Shown: positions 18,601 through 28,081 of the stretch, piece by piece
Layout of the letters: each line of letters starts with the position of its first letter
How positions within the stretch are numbered: the first letter of the stretch is position 1
Assembly (NCBI GenBank): GCA_965644315.1
Contig: CBFFRQ010000138.1
Span: forward strand, 1-28,081
Direction of reading: 5' to 3'
Length of the DNA stretch: 28,081 nt
Source: Caecitellus pseudoparvulus
Taxonomy: Eukaryota > Protista > Bigyra: Bicosoecida
Notes under the pieces: generated by a model
Databases searched by the model: none
What the model was told of the DNA's origin: nothing
The model's input: only the letters and a program-made list of their open reading frames with translations
Program-made: the position numbers and the translations under genes

Positions 18601-20750
18601 CCACGAAAAGGCATCTGGCAGCATGAATCTACTCGTGTGTGAGAACGCCCCTCCACCGCGCACCTGCACCCGCACTGGGATAGCCCGAATTTCTTCGTAC
18701 GCAGCCAGCGCGGCCACGTCCGTCGCACCTGACGCACCTTCTGCCACAGATGCAGTGATGCGCACCAGGATTGTTGCCGCAAGCTCTCCGCTGCCACACA
18801 GAAGCCCTGGGGGCGGCCGTGGTCCAAGACACAGCTCGCCTCCATGCACGACGCTAGTAGGTACCACCAGTTGCCCAGTGGAAGCAGGCAGCAATATCTC
18901 ATCCTTTGTCGTGGTTGTTTGCAGCCATGTGGCTGTGGACGAGGTGCCCTGCGACGGAACCACTTGCACGTGTAGATCAGCGAAGGAGGCCAACGTTTGC
19001 AGGATGGCAATGCCGGAGGCTTCCTTGCTGGGCGCCACTGCCAGCGACACGGTGCCAGGAACCACAGAAAGCAGCGTAGAGCGCATGGTCACAGGCAGCA
19101 CATGATCAAGCTGCCCAGCTTTGGACTTGGCATCGTACTCATTCGTGCGCAAGCGCAGGGTGCTCGAAAACAGTCCGCTGACAGCTGCACCTGGAGAAAC
19201 CAGCCACACTGTGAGGAGCACGCGCTCTCCCACGCCAAGGGACCCCTGCAGCACTCCCGACCCTTCGCGCAAGGATCCAACCGAAACGACGCCCAGCTCA
19301 CTGGCAAGCACGGACGCAATGTCGGAGCCAGTGCCTCCAGCATGGCCACATACACCTACCGGGGTGCAAACTGCGAGCCATGGAGCCAAGCTAGCTTCCG
19401 CATGGTCAAGTGTCCAGGTCAGGGTGCCAGACCCAACGTTTCGCAGAAGCAGCTGCTGGGTGCTGTTGCCGCCTGGGATGACGTTGCGCTCCACCACGCG
19501 AGGCCGTATGTCCGAGATCGGCGCGATGACCCGCAATGAAACCTGCACAATGACAGGCAAAAGGTCGGCCACCCGAAGTCGCCCACGTGCCCTGCCGGCC
19601 GCTTCGTTTGATACTGTCGAGTTTGCCTGTAAGGTAACAGAGGCCCGGTGCAGACCAGGGGGCAGGTTTGCAGACTGCATGGTCAAGATAACTCCTTGTT
19701 GGCCTTGGTTTGCGGGGAGTCGCGCCTTCTGGGATGCAGACAGGGTCAGCCAGCCCTGCTGTTGGCCCCGAAAGGATACCTGTGCGTCCCAGTGCACGTG
19801 TTCGGCACTGGACACAATGACAGCTTGAGACTTGGTGTCAGACTGGCCGCTGAGCTCAAAAGCAGCGGCCACTTCCACAGAGAAGGCGGTGAGGAACGGC
19901 AGGGGTTGGGGAGTGACCCTGGCGGTGGAAGAGGGGACGGCACCGGGTGACTTCGTTGGCTGGGCGGACGCACTGCTGGATGCCGTTGGCGTTGGCGTTC
20001 TGCTGCTCGACGGGCGCACGAGGGGCGACCTGGGCGGGGCGATGGAAGGCAGGGGCGCTGAGCTTTGAGCCAAGTCCACCACTTTCTCGGGTAAGACTGC
20101 AGTCGCATCCAAGCCGACGACGCCGCGGACGTGAACCACAAGGTCAAATGCTCCCGAGTTCCCAGTCGACTCCAAGTACGCGCTGGGGAGTCGTGGCAGC
20201 CCATCAACTGCGGCAGGCCCAAGCTGCAAGGAAAGGGAGACGACCAAGCGTGGAAACGTGGACGGAAAGGTTCGAGTCACCCTCACCAGTCAGTCGAGGG
20301 CAGACAAGGACCCCAAGCCGCAAGCCTCGCATCGATGCAAGACACGCTCAAAACAGCAAGTGTCGCAGCAGATCCGACGTCTGCTGCGTCAGATAGAAAC
20401 AAGGGGGCGCCGACACTGGTTCCTGTCTGGGCACCAACTAACAGCGCCGCTGGATCGTGCAGTGCTGCCACGGTGGTGCGCCCACTCAAGGCCACTTCTT
20501 GCTGCACAGTCGAGGACAGCCATACGGGCGGCCTTGAAGACGGAGCCACGCTGCGAGTTGCTGTCACTGATGGCGTCGCAGAGGGGGAGTTGCTGGGAGC
20601 GGATGCAGCTGGTGCTGGGGGCGTGGCGACGCCCAGTGTGGCAGTGGAGTGAATCCAAGCCCTTGTTATTCCAATGCCAGATGCAAGCACTGGCAATTCC
20701 TGATGAATCTCTGACCCCCCGCAATTAACTTGGCGTGGTACCCACCAGCT
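15653..20750 (-). pseudogene. Large surface/multi-pass membrane protein (S/T-rich stretch, BACON/Ig-like beta domains, TNFR/GCC2-GCC3-like Cys repeats, C-terminal TM bundle), disrupted
   Basis: Collinear ORFs 20283-20696, 18226-20286, 17585-18277 and 15653-17584. Motifs LLLRNVGSGTLTWTL..PWL, CERCPPGT..CTQCPGGT, CVPGHRGILCGECAEGW and FWYWELLVVLPRK. Frameshifts at ~20285 and ~18312 and an in-frame TGA at 17585-17587. The 5' end is not determined. Confidence 0.7.
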
Positions 20751-21459
20751 TCAAGCAAACTCACAGACAGCGGCGAACTCTCCGGGCAGAAGCGGCATCG
20801 GAAGGGATTCACAGCCGTTGTGCCTCGTAAAAGGCAATTCCCTAATGATACTGATCTGCCCATCGCTGCGGACACCCCTTCCCTGCGTCAGCTTCTCCAG
20901 CATCGACTGCGCCAGTCGTGGCGGGCACAACCAATTTCCGCAGCTCAGCTGCCTGCACTGCACAGCCCCCTGGCCCTTTTCGCGGATAAATATCAGAAAT
21001 GCAGATCTCTGACCATTTTCTACTGCGCTGAGACTTCGTGCTCGCCGTCCTGCTCTCCCATCTCTCGGGCTCTCGTTTCCAGGCTTCACGATATGGTTGA
21101 CTGGTTCATCCCGGCGGCAGCGTCAGCTGTTGCGAGGAGCCGCCCACAAAATCATGGCTGACCAAAAGTCACGATAGCAATAGAATGTGTAAACAGCCTG
21201 GATAGATTTCGGAATGGCAAGAATTATTTGTTTGGTGGGCACTTGCGGCGGCACGGCCTCAATCTGGTGAGACAACGCTCGCCCCCGGTTCGCCACGCGA
21301 TGCACTGCATGCCTCCAAAGCTGCCCGGAAGGGTAAAGCTTTTGCAACAGTCCCCTGCCTACTAGTTCTTGCTGGGACCGAAGCTTGCATTGAAAATGTC
21401 AAAGGCTGCTCTCCCAACGCTGGAGCCACTCCTCGTCCGTTGAATGTTGATCCAACGAA

Positions 21460-22238
21460 ATGCACATGAAGCAGGGTGTGCGTTTGAAACACGCACACAC
21501 GTTGTCCCAGGGCCCACTGGAAGCCGTTGAGGCACTGGAGGCTTTTGCCGGGCCTATGCGGCAAGGTTGCTCCCGAATTCTGGGGGTGCCGCTGACGGCA
21601 AAAGTTTCTCCTGGCCCCACGAGGTGGTCGCCGCACCTCCCGGATGGACGAAAGTCCTGAAAACATGCATCCGGTACTGTGGGGCCGTGTTAAATCACGT
21701 GGTAGAAGCTCAACTTCAGGGCGCAGGCGTGGAACGCGGGCAGATCGCCGCGGACCTCGCGCGGCGAGCCCGCTACACGGCCGCCACGCCTGCCGCATGG
21801 ACCATGCCGCGCCACCTCACTCCCGGGCGAGGTGGCGCAGCAGAGGAGCAAGAAAGTGAGTGATAAAAGCTTGCTTTGGGTTGATAGTGCATTCTAAGAT
21901 GTTATTCTGAAATTCCCAGTGTCGTAACGCGCAGCGGGGCCGTTTTGGGCTGCGGGGTGGCGAGGTGTGCGCGGGTCGCCGCGGCGCCCCCAACACGCCA
22001 AGGCCGAAACCCGCGCCCAACTCACCCAACAGGCGCCGAACGCCTGAATGACGACGAAGAACATTAAATGACCATGTTCTGAAAAGAACATGCTCATCTC
22101 ACACGGTGACTCACCATGTTTCGTGCAAGATATGTGCGCGACGCAAGCGAGAATTGTGGCCCGCTTCTTTCGAGGAGCAAGTGTGAGGTGAGTGTGGTGA
22201 AAACAAGAGGCTACAATGCATTGAACTTCCTAACCCAA
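21460..22238 (+). mobile_element. Internal relic of the 3' end of element A (RT C-terminus plus complete 3' UTR)
   Basis: ORF 21567-21863 (LPNSGGAADGKSF..AAEEQESE) is nearly identical to the RT-A C-terminus. The UTR aligns with 6359-6732. There is a 1-bp deletion near 21565. It ends CAATGCATTGAACTTCCTAACCCAA. Confidence 0.9.
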
Positions 22239-23206
22239 ATCAGAGACGGAGTCTCGGAGTTCGTAAGAACCGTGGAGCGTAGCGTAGCCCTGTGGTATGA
22301 TGATTCATTCATCAATCACCCTTTTTTTCGTTGATCCCCCCCCCGTGGCTGCGTGGCTCAGACACGGCCTTGGAAGACCCCCACGGCGCTGTAGTGAGAC
22401 ACCGCGGGATTCGCATGAACGCCCATGCAGTACCTGCGGAGGGTACACCTCAATGAGCTTAGCTACACACCCGCGGCTGGTCGCAGTCGCAGTTCGTCCC
22501 CATCTGCACAAAGTGGCAGCAACACCAACGCATCACCCTCAAGTCCACGGCAGCAAGCAAAGCGGAGGAGGCACCCCGCACAAGCAAATCTTCTTGCGTG
22601 AGTATGTAGGGGTGAGCCCCTGCCCCCAGAAAGCCATTGTCGGCAAGTCGCCACCATCATCCGAGCCATTTTCCTTCGAGCAGCAGTACCCTGTCCCGAC
22701 AGGAGCTGCACCACGGAGAAAAACAGCCTTCGCACTGTGCACCAAGCGGAAGATTTACGGTTTCAATTCTAGCCTGGACAATTTTTCCAGCCACGCGTCA
22801 GGGTTTCCAAAATCGACTGCGCCAGTCCCGGCAGCGAAAACCGATTTCCGCAGCTCAGCTGCCTGCTCTACGCAGCCTCTTGGAGGTCTGTCACAAAGCG
22901 ATTGCAAGCAAGTAAATCACGACACGCCATTTTACTCGAAACAGTGCTTAGTTCTAGCCACCTATGACTCTCATTCCTGCAGCACTCGTTGCTCAGCACA
23001 TTGCTTGCTGGCCCAGCCCAGCTGGGAGGATAAAACACACAGATGAGTGTGCACAGTTCTGAATTCCTCCACACAAGTTTCTGAGACCACGCGGTTAGCC
23101 TCGGGGACCTAGCTGACTAACTTTGGCCACTCGGTGCTGCGCGTGCAGTGGAAGCAGGCTCGAATGCTGCTTCTGTGGTTCGATGCTGCCCATCCACACC
23201 GATACC

Positions 23207-24744
23207 TCAGCTCTGGGCAGGCAACCAGCTCTCGACCTGTCCCAAGTTACGTGGCGCGGACGCACACTCCTTGTGCAAGGGAAGCGTCTGAAACAAATCG
23301 TACAGCTCATCAAACTGGTCCCCAGTGCGGGGAAGTGCTACATCGAGCACTCCCCACATGCCGTACTTCTGAAGGCACTCTGCCTTCTTTTTTGCTCCAG
23401 TCACCCAATTCGCATGAACCAGTCGTGCTTCTGCCAGAGGCTCTTCTGGCAAACAGGCCCAGTTGCCTGTGCTCCACTTCTTTCCATTTGGAATGGAGCA
23501 GAACATCTTTTCGCCGGTGTCCAGGATGCTGTGCCGCTCCGGGCGCCGGTACACTCGGTGCTGTTGGGCATGAGCTGTGAAGGCCAACTGGTCATAGTCC
23601 CCTTTCCCATACGCCGCTCCATCAAGCAGGAACAAGGTTGACCAACGTGGCCGAGCAATGAACAGCCCTGTGTTCCATTCTTTCCAAGGTGCATCCAGTT
23701 CCCGGGCATCAGTCATGAGGGCCAGAGAACAGTGCCGGGAGTGGACCCACTCTTCAAGTTCTTCAACAGCATTCTTACCGGCATAGCCAATGTCTACGTC
23801 GTGAAAGAAAACCGTGTAGCCCTGCACCAAGAAGGCTCGAACAATGATATGCTTGACGCGGGTGAGCGCGTTGTAGCGTTTCTCCCTGTACTTTGCCTCG
23901 GCTTCAGAGCCGAGAGCCGTGTTGACAAAGTCAGCATCGCGCATGTCAAGCCATTCTGGCCGGGCACGGAGCGTAGGTATGCCATGGGATTGGAGGGTTT
24001 CATGTGCTTCGTCATCCAGCGCAACAATCAAGAAGCGCTGTGTCCCAGCCTTTACCAGAGACTGCGCCAAATTCACTGCAAGGGCAACCATGCCAGAATT
24101 GGTCACAGAGAGCAATACGGTGTTACCCTTCGGCCTCACAGCTGATTGGACGATGCACGCTTCCGAAGGAGTCAGCCCAGGAAGTTCATGCGTCTGCCAG
24201 AGTGTTTGCATGCCATACGGGTTTGGTGGTGGCATCGGCAAGCCGACGGCGTCCCAAGCTTCCTCCTGAGAAGGGGAGCTCGAGGCTTGGTGAAGCAAGT
24301 TGACAAGCAGGCACGTACATGGGCGAGTGCAGTGAGCTGGGGTGTTGACTCACAGTTCGATGCAGCTCTCTCAGTTCGGCTGGCTGTTGTGCCTGCAAGT
24401 TGGGGGAAAGTGAGTGCAAGGTCGGCCATCCAGCCCAAGAGCTGCGCACGCTGACACGGTACTGCGAATAAGGCTGGAACGTGAACCGAAGCTTGGCAGA
24501 AAATTTCCCTTACCTTAGACGCCCTTGCCTGGGGCAGTGCTTCAGCAGGCATTGCAAGGCCCTCAGTCCTGGGGGTGTCGTGTTGCGGACGAAGCTGCCT
24601 TGGAGGAAAATCTGGCGAGCCTGGCAAGCTCGTCCAAGTTGGTGAGGCAACAATGCCAAGCAGACAGCCAAGTACAGCTCCAGCAGCTACGCCTGTGGCG
24701 AGGCTTGCAATGCGATGCCTGCACGGGTGGCATTGAACGCGCAT
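23207..24744 (-). CDS. Nucleotide-diphospho-sugar transferase (GT77 / Nucleotid_trans-like), type II membrane glycosyltransferase; one frameshift (or an intron) near 24300-24350
   Basis: ORF 23207-24298 has FLIVALD, K..IVRAFL.QGYTVFFHDVDI (DxD), NTGLF, DQLAF and VHANW...K...L...GMW. ORF 24172-24744 supplies an N-terminal signal anchor (LATGVAAGAVLGCLLGIVA). Confidence 0.75.
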
Positions 24745-25554
24745 GATGATAAGACGAGTAATTCCGGAGAGGTGTTTAGGTTTGGGAGTGAGATAAATTC
24801 CCAGTGTTGAGTGAAGCTGACGCGCTCTCGACCCGTCACCTTCAAGTGATTCGGCTCAAGTCTCACTATTGTGCCCGGTTGGCTCAAGTTTGGTCTTCCG
24901 CGAGTTGTGAATGTCCTTCCATCGCGCCTCGGCTGTTGTTCGTCAAGTGCGTGATGGTGCCGACCACTCACTGGGCACATCCAGGCATTCCTTGACCATG
25001 AAAGTGGCTTCCCTTGGTGTGGCGTGGAAAATCGCTGCTGGAGGTGTTGTCGACACTGGCCTGAGTCACAGGCCAAGCCTGCCCATGCGCCTGCTTTGCA
25101 TATCCCTTCGCCGCATGTCCCCGTCGGCCTGCCCCTGCTGCAGCTTCAGAAACCAGGCCAAGTTGGACACACTCACCGCCTGGGCACTATTCAAACCGAG
25201 CCATCCAATTGGCGACGAAATTACAACCTGAAACGTAGCAGACAATATCGTTCACTCGCTATTTGCGTGAGCCTGTCTGTCCCTGTACCGTGCTAGGAGG
25301 CGGTGCGTGTCGCGCTGGCGTGTCTGCTGCCGTTGCGATTTCCGCACGAGTAGGCTTGCCGCATTCGTCGCGCAAACACCGATATAGCGGCTGCATCTAC
25401 ATGTCCACAGGCTTGATATCTTTAGTGTACCATATCTACCCTTGCTGCACGCCCGCTGCTCTTCTGCGCGGCATCACGGAGCTTCACTTGCACGAGCCTG
25501 GTCCAATCTGTGGCTCCAAGTTCAACGTTGGCCACTGGCATTCTGGCTTCAGAC

Positions 25555-26490
25555 ATGGCAACCTTCGGTGACATAGCAAACCTCAAGACCCAATGGGAAG
25601 CCGCTTCTCAAGAGGGTGACGCAGATCAGCTGAGGCGCACCTTGCAGCAAGCAAACGCTCAGGCTTCCACTGTTGCTGATGCACTGGCAAGTTCAGATAC
25701 AATGGCTGGGTTTCAGGTTGCGTGCCAGAGAGGGCATTTGGAGTTGATGGGTGGGCCGCTGGCTTTTGTAGGGGGCGGAACGGTGGAATGGCGCGCAGCG
25801 GATGTTGATGGGCCTGAGGCAGTTTTCCGAGAGGCATGCAAGAATGGCCACCTCGACACTGTGCGTGAGCTGTTGAGCCTCACTGGAGCACGGGAAGTTG
25901 ATGTACACGCGAAAGACGCTCTGGGACCCGAGTGTGCCTTTCGAGGCGCATGCGAGAATGGCCACACAGACATCGTGCGTGAGCTGTTGAGCCTGACTGG
26001 GTCACGGGAAGTGGATGTGCACGCAGATGATGGGAATGGCTCCGAGGCCGCCTTCCGATACGCATGCTGCGCTGGCCAAACAGACGTCGTGCGTGAGCTG
26101 CTAGTGCTTGCTGGGGCACGGGAAGTGGATGTGCACACAGATGATGAGGATGGAGCTGAGGCCGCCTTCCGAGGGGCATGCCAGGAGGGCCACACAGACA
26201 CCGTGCGTGAGCTATTGGGGCTCACTGGGGCGCGGGAAGTGGATGTGCATGTGGCCGACCAGTATGGTCCTGAGGCTGCTTTCCGGGAAGCGTGTCGGTG
26301 GGGCCACACAGACGTCGTGCGTGAGCTGCTGGGCCTGACCGGTCACCGTGCCTTCCCGGCTATCATCTGGCAGCAAGAAGCGGAGTGTATCACACAAGCG
26401 GCACGTGATGCAGTGTGGGCTGGCACCAGCACTCGGACTGGGCGGCGAACGATGCTCTTGCTGAGATCTTGTGGTGCGGCCCGAGCGTAA
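25555..26490 (+). CDS. Ankyrin-like repeat protein, about 6 repeats of 38 aa, paralog of 13644-15143
   Basis: Same repeat consensus and the same C-terminal cap (WxGTSTRxGRRxxLLLR). ATG at 25555 lies within ORF 25510-26490. Confidence 0.85.
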   Translation: MATFGDIANLKTQWEAASQEGDADQLRRTLQQANAQASTVADALASSDTMAGFQVACQRGHLELMGGPLAFVGGGTVEWRAADVDGPEAVFREACKNGHLDTVRELLSLTGAREVDVHAKDALGPECAFRGACENGHTDIVRELLSLTGSREVDVHADDGNGSEAAFRYACCAGQTDVVRELLVLAGAREVDVHTDDEDGAEAAFRGACQEGHTDTVRELLGLTGAREVDVHVADQYGPEAAFREACRWGHTDVVRELLGLTGHRAFPAIIWQQEAECITQAARDAVWAGTSTRTGRRTMLLLRSCGAARA

Positions 26491-27136
26491 TGAAGTTGCA
26501 CCACTGCAGTAGATCTTGCCCGCATGAAGCCAGCTGGATCTGGCAAGCTTCGCACCCAGCCGCCCCCATTCTGCATTATTTTGCCATCAGAACTCCTTGG
26601 GGCAGCTATTGCAATGTTCGCTTGGGCTGCTTGCTTCTCAAAGTGACGCCCATGCCGACTTCGACACTCCCTCACAATCCTGCTCTTCAACGCCACTCTC
26701 CTCCCCATTCACTGCCAGATCAACACCGGCAACTGAGCCATACACAAGCGCACCCACATGCTAGGTGTCACTGCGTCACTCAGGTCCGTGTTGTCGCTGG
26801 ACTCTGGCTTTGCCTCCCATTTCGCCGAATGCAAGAATAAGTTGCCATCACAGGCAGATCCTCTTGCTCACCTTTATGCTTGAAAGGAATAATCGAAGAG
26901 AACGCTCAACACACATACACCGGACTCCAAATGCACCCGTCTTTGTGATCTCTGCAGCGGCTGCCTCAGCCTGTGTCCCCGCCTTTTCACGATGCTGGAG
27001 TGGCTTCGAAACATCCAACGTCTCATGTTCAGCCTCAGTACCTGCTGCTTGCAAAATCCAGCACCTGCCGAACGCCGTTGCGGGCCTTGCCCTGGACTCT
27101 GCAAGGCATTCAAGTTCATGGAGGCTTCTCGCGGAA

Positions 27137-28081
27137 CTAAAGGCTTGCTACTGCTCCCCGTAGTGCCACGGAGAGTGCCATGGCAGTAAGAAACTCTTTG
27201 AACTTCACCTTCAGCCACAACATGCACCTTGGCTTTGGCGGTATTGCAGCAGTTTGCCAAGTGTGTCCTAAACTGAACTGCTGCGACGCGGTCAACGTGG
27301 AATGGAGGCTCGCTTGCGAGCTGCATCCGCGCTTTGATGCTGACCGACATTGCGCGTCAAGGCTCTTGGCATGCCAAGGCATCTTCTGCGTGCAGTCTTC
27401 AACCTGGCCCTGAGCCTGTGAGCCTCGATACCCGAAGCTCACCATCACTTTGTCTACACAGCTTTCGCAGCGCTAATGATCAGCCGAACGAAGAATGACA
27501 GTGCCGCCACGACCGCTGAACCAATCACACTGTACACATATGTCGTGGACAACGTGATGGTGCACTTTGAAGATGCAAACAGTGGAAGCTGTATGCCCTT
27601 GTATCTCGAGTTCCATGCTTCTGCAACGGCTGTTGCATGGAGAATTCCTTGCATACGACTCAGGGCAACTATGGGAGTCTGCGTTCCTTTATCCGATGCT
27701 CGCGAGCCAGAGGATTTCTGATCCGTTCCGCCCCTGCTATGAGCCCGACCTCCCGTGGTGTGGCCATGGAACCCTCCGGAACCACTTTGTTCCTGCTCTG
27801 AATCAGATTGGTTGCGAGTCTGGAACATGTAGCTGCTCATGGCGTGGGGCTCCATGCCCCCCAACGCTCGATACCGCATGCCCGAGATAGCCTTCACAGT
27901 GTCTTGATCCACTCTGAAAAGCTGTTCCAGGAGTCTGCCCAGGACTGCAGAGTACACGACGCATATGATCTCTAGTGACCAGAACGCTGGGTTCAGGATG
28001 ACATCTTCATACGTGTCGTCATGAAACTTGCCAATAACAAGGGTCGCACTTCAGTGCACAGTGTTTCGTTTCCTGGCTGCC
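27137..28081 (-). pseudogene. Degraded 3' part of an unknown membrane protein gene running off the window
   Basis: Hydrophobic helices (FWSLEIICVVYSAVLG; YVYSVIGSAVVAALSFFVRLIISA) in and just upstream of ORF 27454-27957. It is interrupted by stops and frameshifts. No family recognised. Confidence 0.35.

Noticed and set aside
20280-27460. G-insertion RNA editing (frameshifts at ~20285, ~24300 and ~27455 can each be repaired by adding one G on the minus strand)
   Set aside because: Other lesions in the window are of different types. Short-run indel mutation or read error explains these.

Overview
Eukaryotic, GC-rich, subtelomere-like DNA, probably from a protist (inference). The centre of the window is a ~1.07 kb (CCCTAA)n tract (2329-3402). 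It is followed directly by a head-to-tail array of 5'-truncated non-LTR-type reverse transcriptase elements, all on + and reading away from the tract: element A (3403-6732), element B (6733-10859) and a short 3' fragment (10860-10973). A fourth piece, a relic of the 3' end of A, lies at ~21460-22238. A and B encode diverged, intact-frame YADD RTs with a CCHC knuckle and no visible endonuclease. Both have hairpin-rich 3' UTRs. All four pieces end at one shared signature, CAATGCATTG-AA-N3-4-CTA(ACCC), a palindrome followed by a telomerase-template-like C-strand motif, instead of a poly(A) tail. My best reading is a LINE-derived, telomere-primed chromosome-end elongation or healing system; this mechanism is inferred, not shown. 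The flanks hold an RCC1-repeat surface protein gene cut off by the telomeric tract, its inverted pseudogene paralog, two 38-aa-period ankyrin-repeat genes, a disrupted large Cys-rich multi-TM gene, a GT77-like glycosyltransferase and a degraded membrane-protein fragment.
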